Positions 61,212 to 64,000 of a stretch of DNA of 64,000 nucleotides are shown one piece after another; positions within the stretch are counted from its first letter, which is position 1; every line of letters starts with the position of its first letter. The position numbers were made by a program, and so were the translations under genes. The stretch spans positions 496,001 through 560,000 of the forward strand of contig MCFH01000031.1 of assembly GCA_002104945.1 (NCBI GenBank). The letters run 5' to 3'. Source of the stretch: Piromyces finnis finn. Lineage: Eukaryota; Fungi; Neocallimastigomycota. The notes beneath the pieces were generated by a model. It was not told the DNA's origin. It worked only from the letters and a program-made list of their open reading frames with translations, and searched no databases.

Positions 61212-63400
61212 ATGAATGAAATTATTCCAATAGAGGGTCTAAATTCTTTAATTGACCTTTATGTTAATAGAAAAACAACGGATACAAATGTCATAGAGTC
61301 AAATTTAAATGTTCCACAGGAACAAAATATACAGGAAGAGTATTATGATGATAATGGGATATTAAGTATAGAAGAATTTAATGAAATGGTTGAAAGGGAA
61401 GAAGAAGAAGAAGAAAAAGATTTTGAACAATTCTCAGACCATTTATCTCAGTTATCAGAACCAATATCAGATCAATATTTGGGATCACTATCAGGGACAG
61501 CACAAGAATTAATACCGGAACTAATGCAAATGCAAGAACAAAAGCAAGAAGAACAAGAAGGTAATGTTTATGAAAGAATTGTAATGAATAAGATTAAGAA
61601 TGACGAAATACAAAAAGCAAATAAACGAAAAAGAGGACCATCGGTAAACTCTGAAATGAAAAAAATAAAAAGAGAAATAGAGAAATTGAGTAAAGAATCG
61701 GATTTTAATGAAGCAAAGGAAAAAAGAAAAAAAGTTTCAGTGGCATGTATTTTGTGTCGTAGATCTCATTTGTCTTGCGATAATAGAAGACCATGTTCTC
61801 GCTGCATTTCAAAAGGCGTACCGAATTTATGTAAGGATGCACCAAGAAAACTAACCAATCCATTAAAATGTACCGCATGTCCAATTTTTCCTGAATTAAC
61901 TCCTACAGAATTACAAAGAAAAATTCATAAAATGTATGAATTGCAAAAACAACAGGATGAAGTTGTTAATCATTTAACAAATTCCAAAATGATTTCACCA
62001 GAGTTGATAGAGCAAATAAAGGATATTAATTCTACAAATTTATTACAATATGCTAATAATATGGCTTCCCCAAACAATTTAGGAAATTTCTTGAATACCT
62101 CAGAAGACGATACCAATATAGAATATGATACAAATTTATTTCCAATTGAAAATATACAATTGCCAGCAATTGAAGATTTAAGTAAGTATAATAATATGAC
62201 AATTTCAATATATTTAGAATATCTAAATGATATCTTTAAAAATTAGAATAGTTTATAAAAAATAATGATTTTAATAATAATAACAATACTAACTTGTTAT
62301 TTTATATATTTTATAACAACAACAACAACAACAACAACAACAATAATAATAATAATAATAATATGTTAATTATTATGATACTTTTACTACATTATACACT
62401 ATAATTCGTATAATTCCTATTTTAAATATTTAATTTTAAAAAAATTAAATTAAAAGTTCCAGAACCCAATTATAAATTAGAACCTCAAGAATTTCATTCA
62501 TCCATCCCTTGTGTACCATTTACAGGAGTTACACCATATTTCCCAGCCAAAGAATCTGATAGTGAATTTAATTCTTTAGTAGGTTATTGCCATTCTGTAT
62601 CAAAACGTGATGATATGCCTAAAAGATGTCAAACTTGTCCGTTTGGACGTGTAGATCAATTTCTTACAGAATTAGAATTGAAACAAGCGGAAGAAGGAAA
62701 AGAAATAGATTTTGAACACCTTTTAATGATGAAATATAAGGTTGGTTTAATTAAACCATATAATTATGCCAAAGGCTATTTGAAATTAAAATCGTTTATA
62801 AATTTACGACTTTCCAATGAGAGAAAAAAAGAAATGTTAACTGTTTTGGCAAAATTTCAAGAAAATTTAAAAAATTATTCATTGAATATTGAAGATATAG
62901 ATTTATTAATGATTGAAGAAACTTTTGAAAGATTATTAATTAAATTTGATCGATTATTTGCAAGTATGCCATTACCTTCATGTATATGGAGAAGAAATGG
63001 TGAAATTTTTAAAGCAAATCATCATTTTGCATTTTTAGTAGGTATTCCAATGGAAAAACTTAATAATGGAAACACCTTAATATATGAAATAATGGGTGTT
63101 GAATATGCCATGGATTATTGGGAAAAATTTACAGAAATTGCATTTGATAATAGTCAAAAAGCTATCATATCCATCACTGCATTAATTAATCAAACCAATA
63201 CCAATCGTGTTATTAAATGTTCTTTTTCATTTACAATTTATAGAGATAAATTTAATATACCCATTGCCATTATAGGTAATTTTATACCATATGATTCACC
63301 TTATGGACGCCGTAATGCCTTCCCACCAGATGATATCATTGATAATATTGATAGTGATCAACCAGGTTGTGGAAGTAATTGTTGTATGGATTCAGAATAA
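61212..63400 (+). CDS. Zn(II)2Cys6 transcription factor of the ERT1/AcuK/Rds2/Gsm1 family with C-terminal PAS-like domain, 2 exons
   Basis: Zn cluster CILCRRSHLSCDNRRPCSRCISKGVPNLC (the H in the second position is typical of this family). The C-terminus has IKPYNYAKGY, EETFERLL, PSCIWRRNGEI and CSFSFTIYRDKFNIPIAIIGNFIP. Intron 62182-62456 (GTAAGT..AG) keeps the frame. Confidence 0.88.
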
Positions 63401-63624
63401 ATTTCAATATACAAATATATATATATATATATATAAATTCATATCAGTTTTGAACCGTTCAACTCGACTTAAGAAAAAAAAAAAAAAGCAATCAGAAATA
63501 ATAATATAATATACATTTTTTTTTTACCGAAATTATATATTAAATATAATTTATAAAATTAAAAAATCAATTCATTTTTTCTTTTTCTTTTTTTAAAAAA
63601 TACATTTTTATTCTATATATTAGA

Positions 63625-63656
<32 letters not shown>

Positions 63657-64000
63657 AATAAAAGAAAGTAATTAATAAAAAAATTATTTCAGTATATCCA
63701 TAGATAAATATTTAAGATTTTCCAACTATCTTTTTTTTTTATTTATTTATTTTTTTACATTGAAATATATATATATATATAAATACATATTTTTAAAATA
63801 AAAAACTAAATTTGATATAAATGCTTTATAATTAAGATGTTTTTTTTTATTTTTTTTTTTAAATTTATAATTGATTTATTTCATTTATTGCTCTAAATGT
63901 AGTAAAAATTTTATAATCCCTTTTTCAAAAATAAGCAAGAGTTTGTTTTTTTTTCATTTTTTTACTTTTTTTCTTTAATAAGAAAAACCAAAATTAATTA

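Overview
This window is extremely AT-rich, intron-containing eukaryotic DNA. A fungal-specific Zn2Cys6 gene, a motile-flagellum gene (CFAP251/WDR66) and near-pure A/T intergenic DNA together point to a zoosporic fungus, most likely an anaerobic gut fungus (Neocallimastigomycota); this is an inference. About 16 protein-coding loci are present, all on the minus strand from 284 to 36513 and all on the plus strand from 40590 to 63400. Minus strand: a Bmt6-like 25S rRNA methyltransferase, an intronless prokaryote-like SAM methyltransferase, a DDT/WHIM ISWI partner, a secreted single-TM sensor-like protein, six tandem intronless LURP-one/Tubby-C-like genes (one frameshifted, one truncated), a PPxY-bearing TM protein and CFAP251. 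Plus strand: a C2/proline-rich (Inn1/Fic1-like) protein, WDR24/Sea2 with an apparent ~660-aa extension after the RING, a C-terminal RRM protein and an ERT1/AcuK-family transcription factor. The most notable observations are the diversifying LURP array with non-coding blocks more conserved than its genes, a GC-rich island at ~38.4 kb resembling a decayed mitochondrial group I intron core, and the candidate horizontally acquired methyltransferase. No tRNA, rRNA, CRISPR array or intact transposase was recognised. All family calls come from motif recognition by eye, without database searches.
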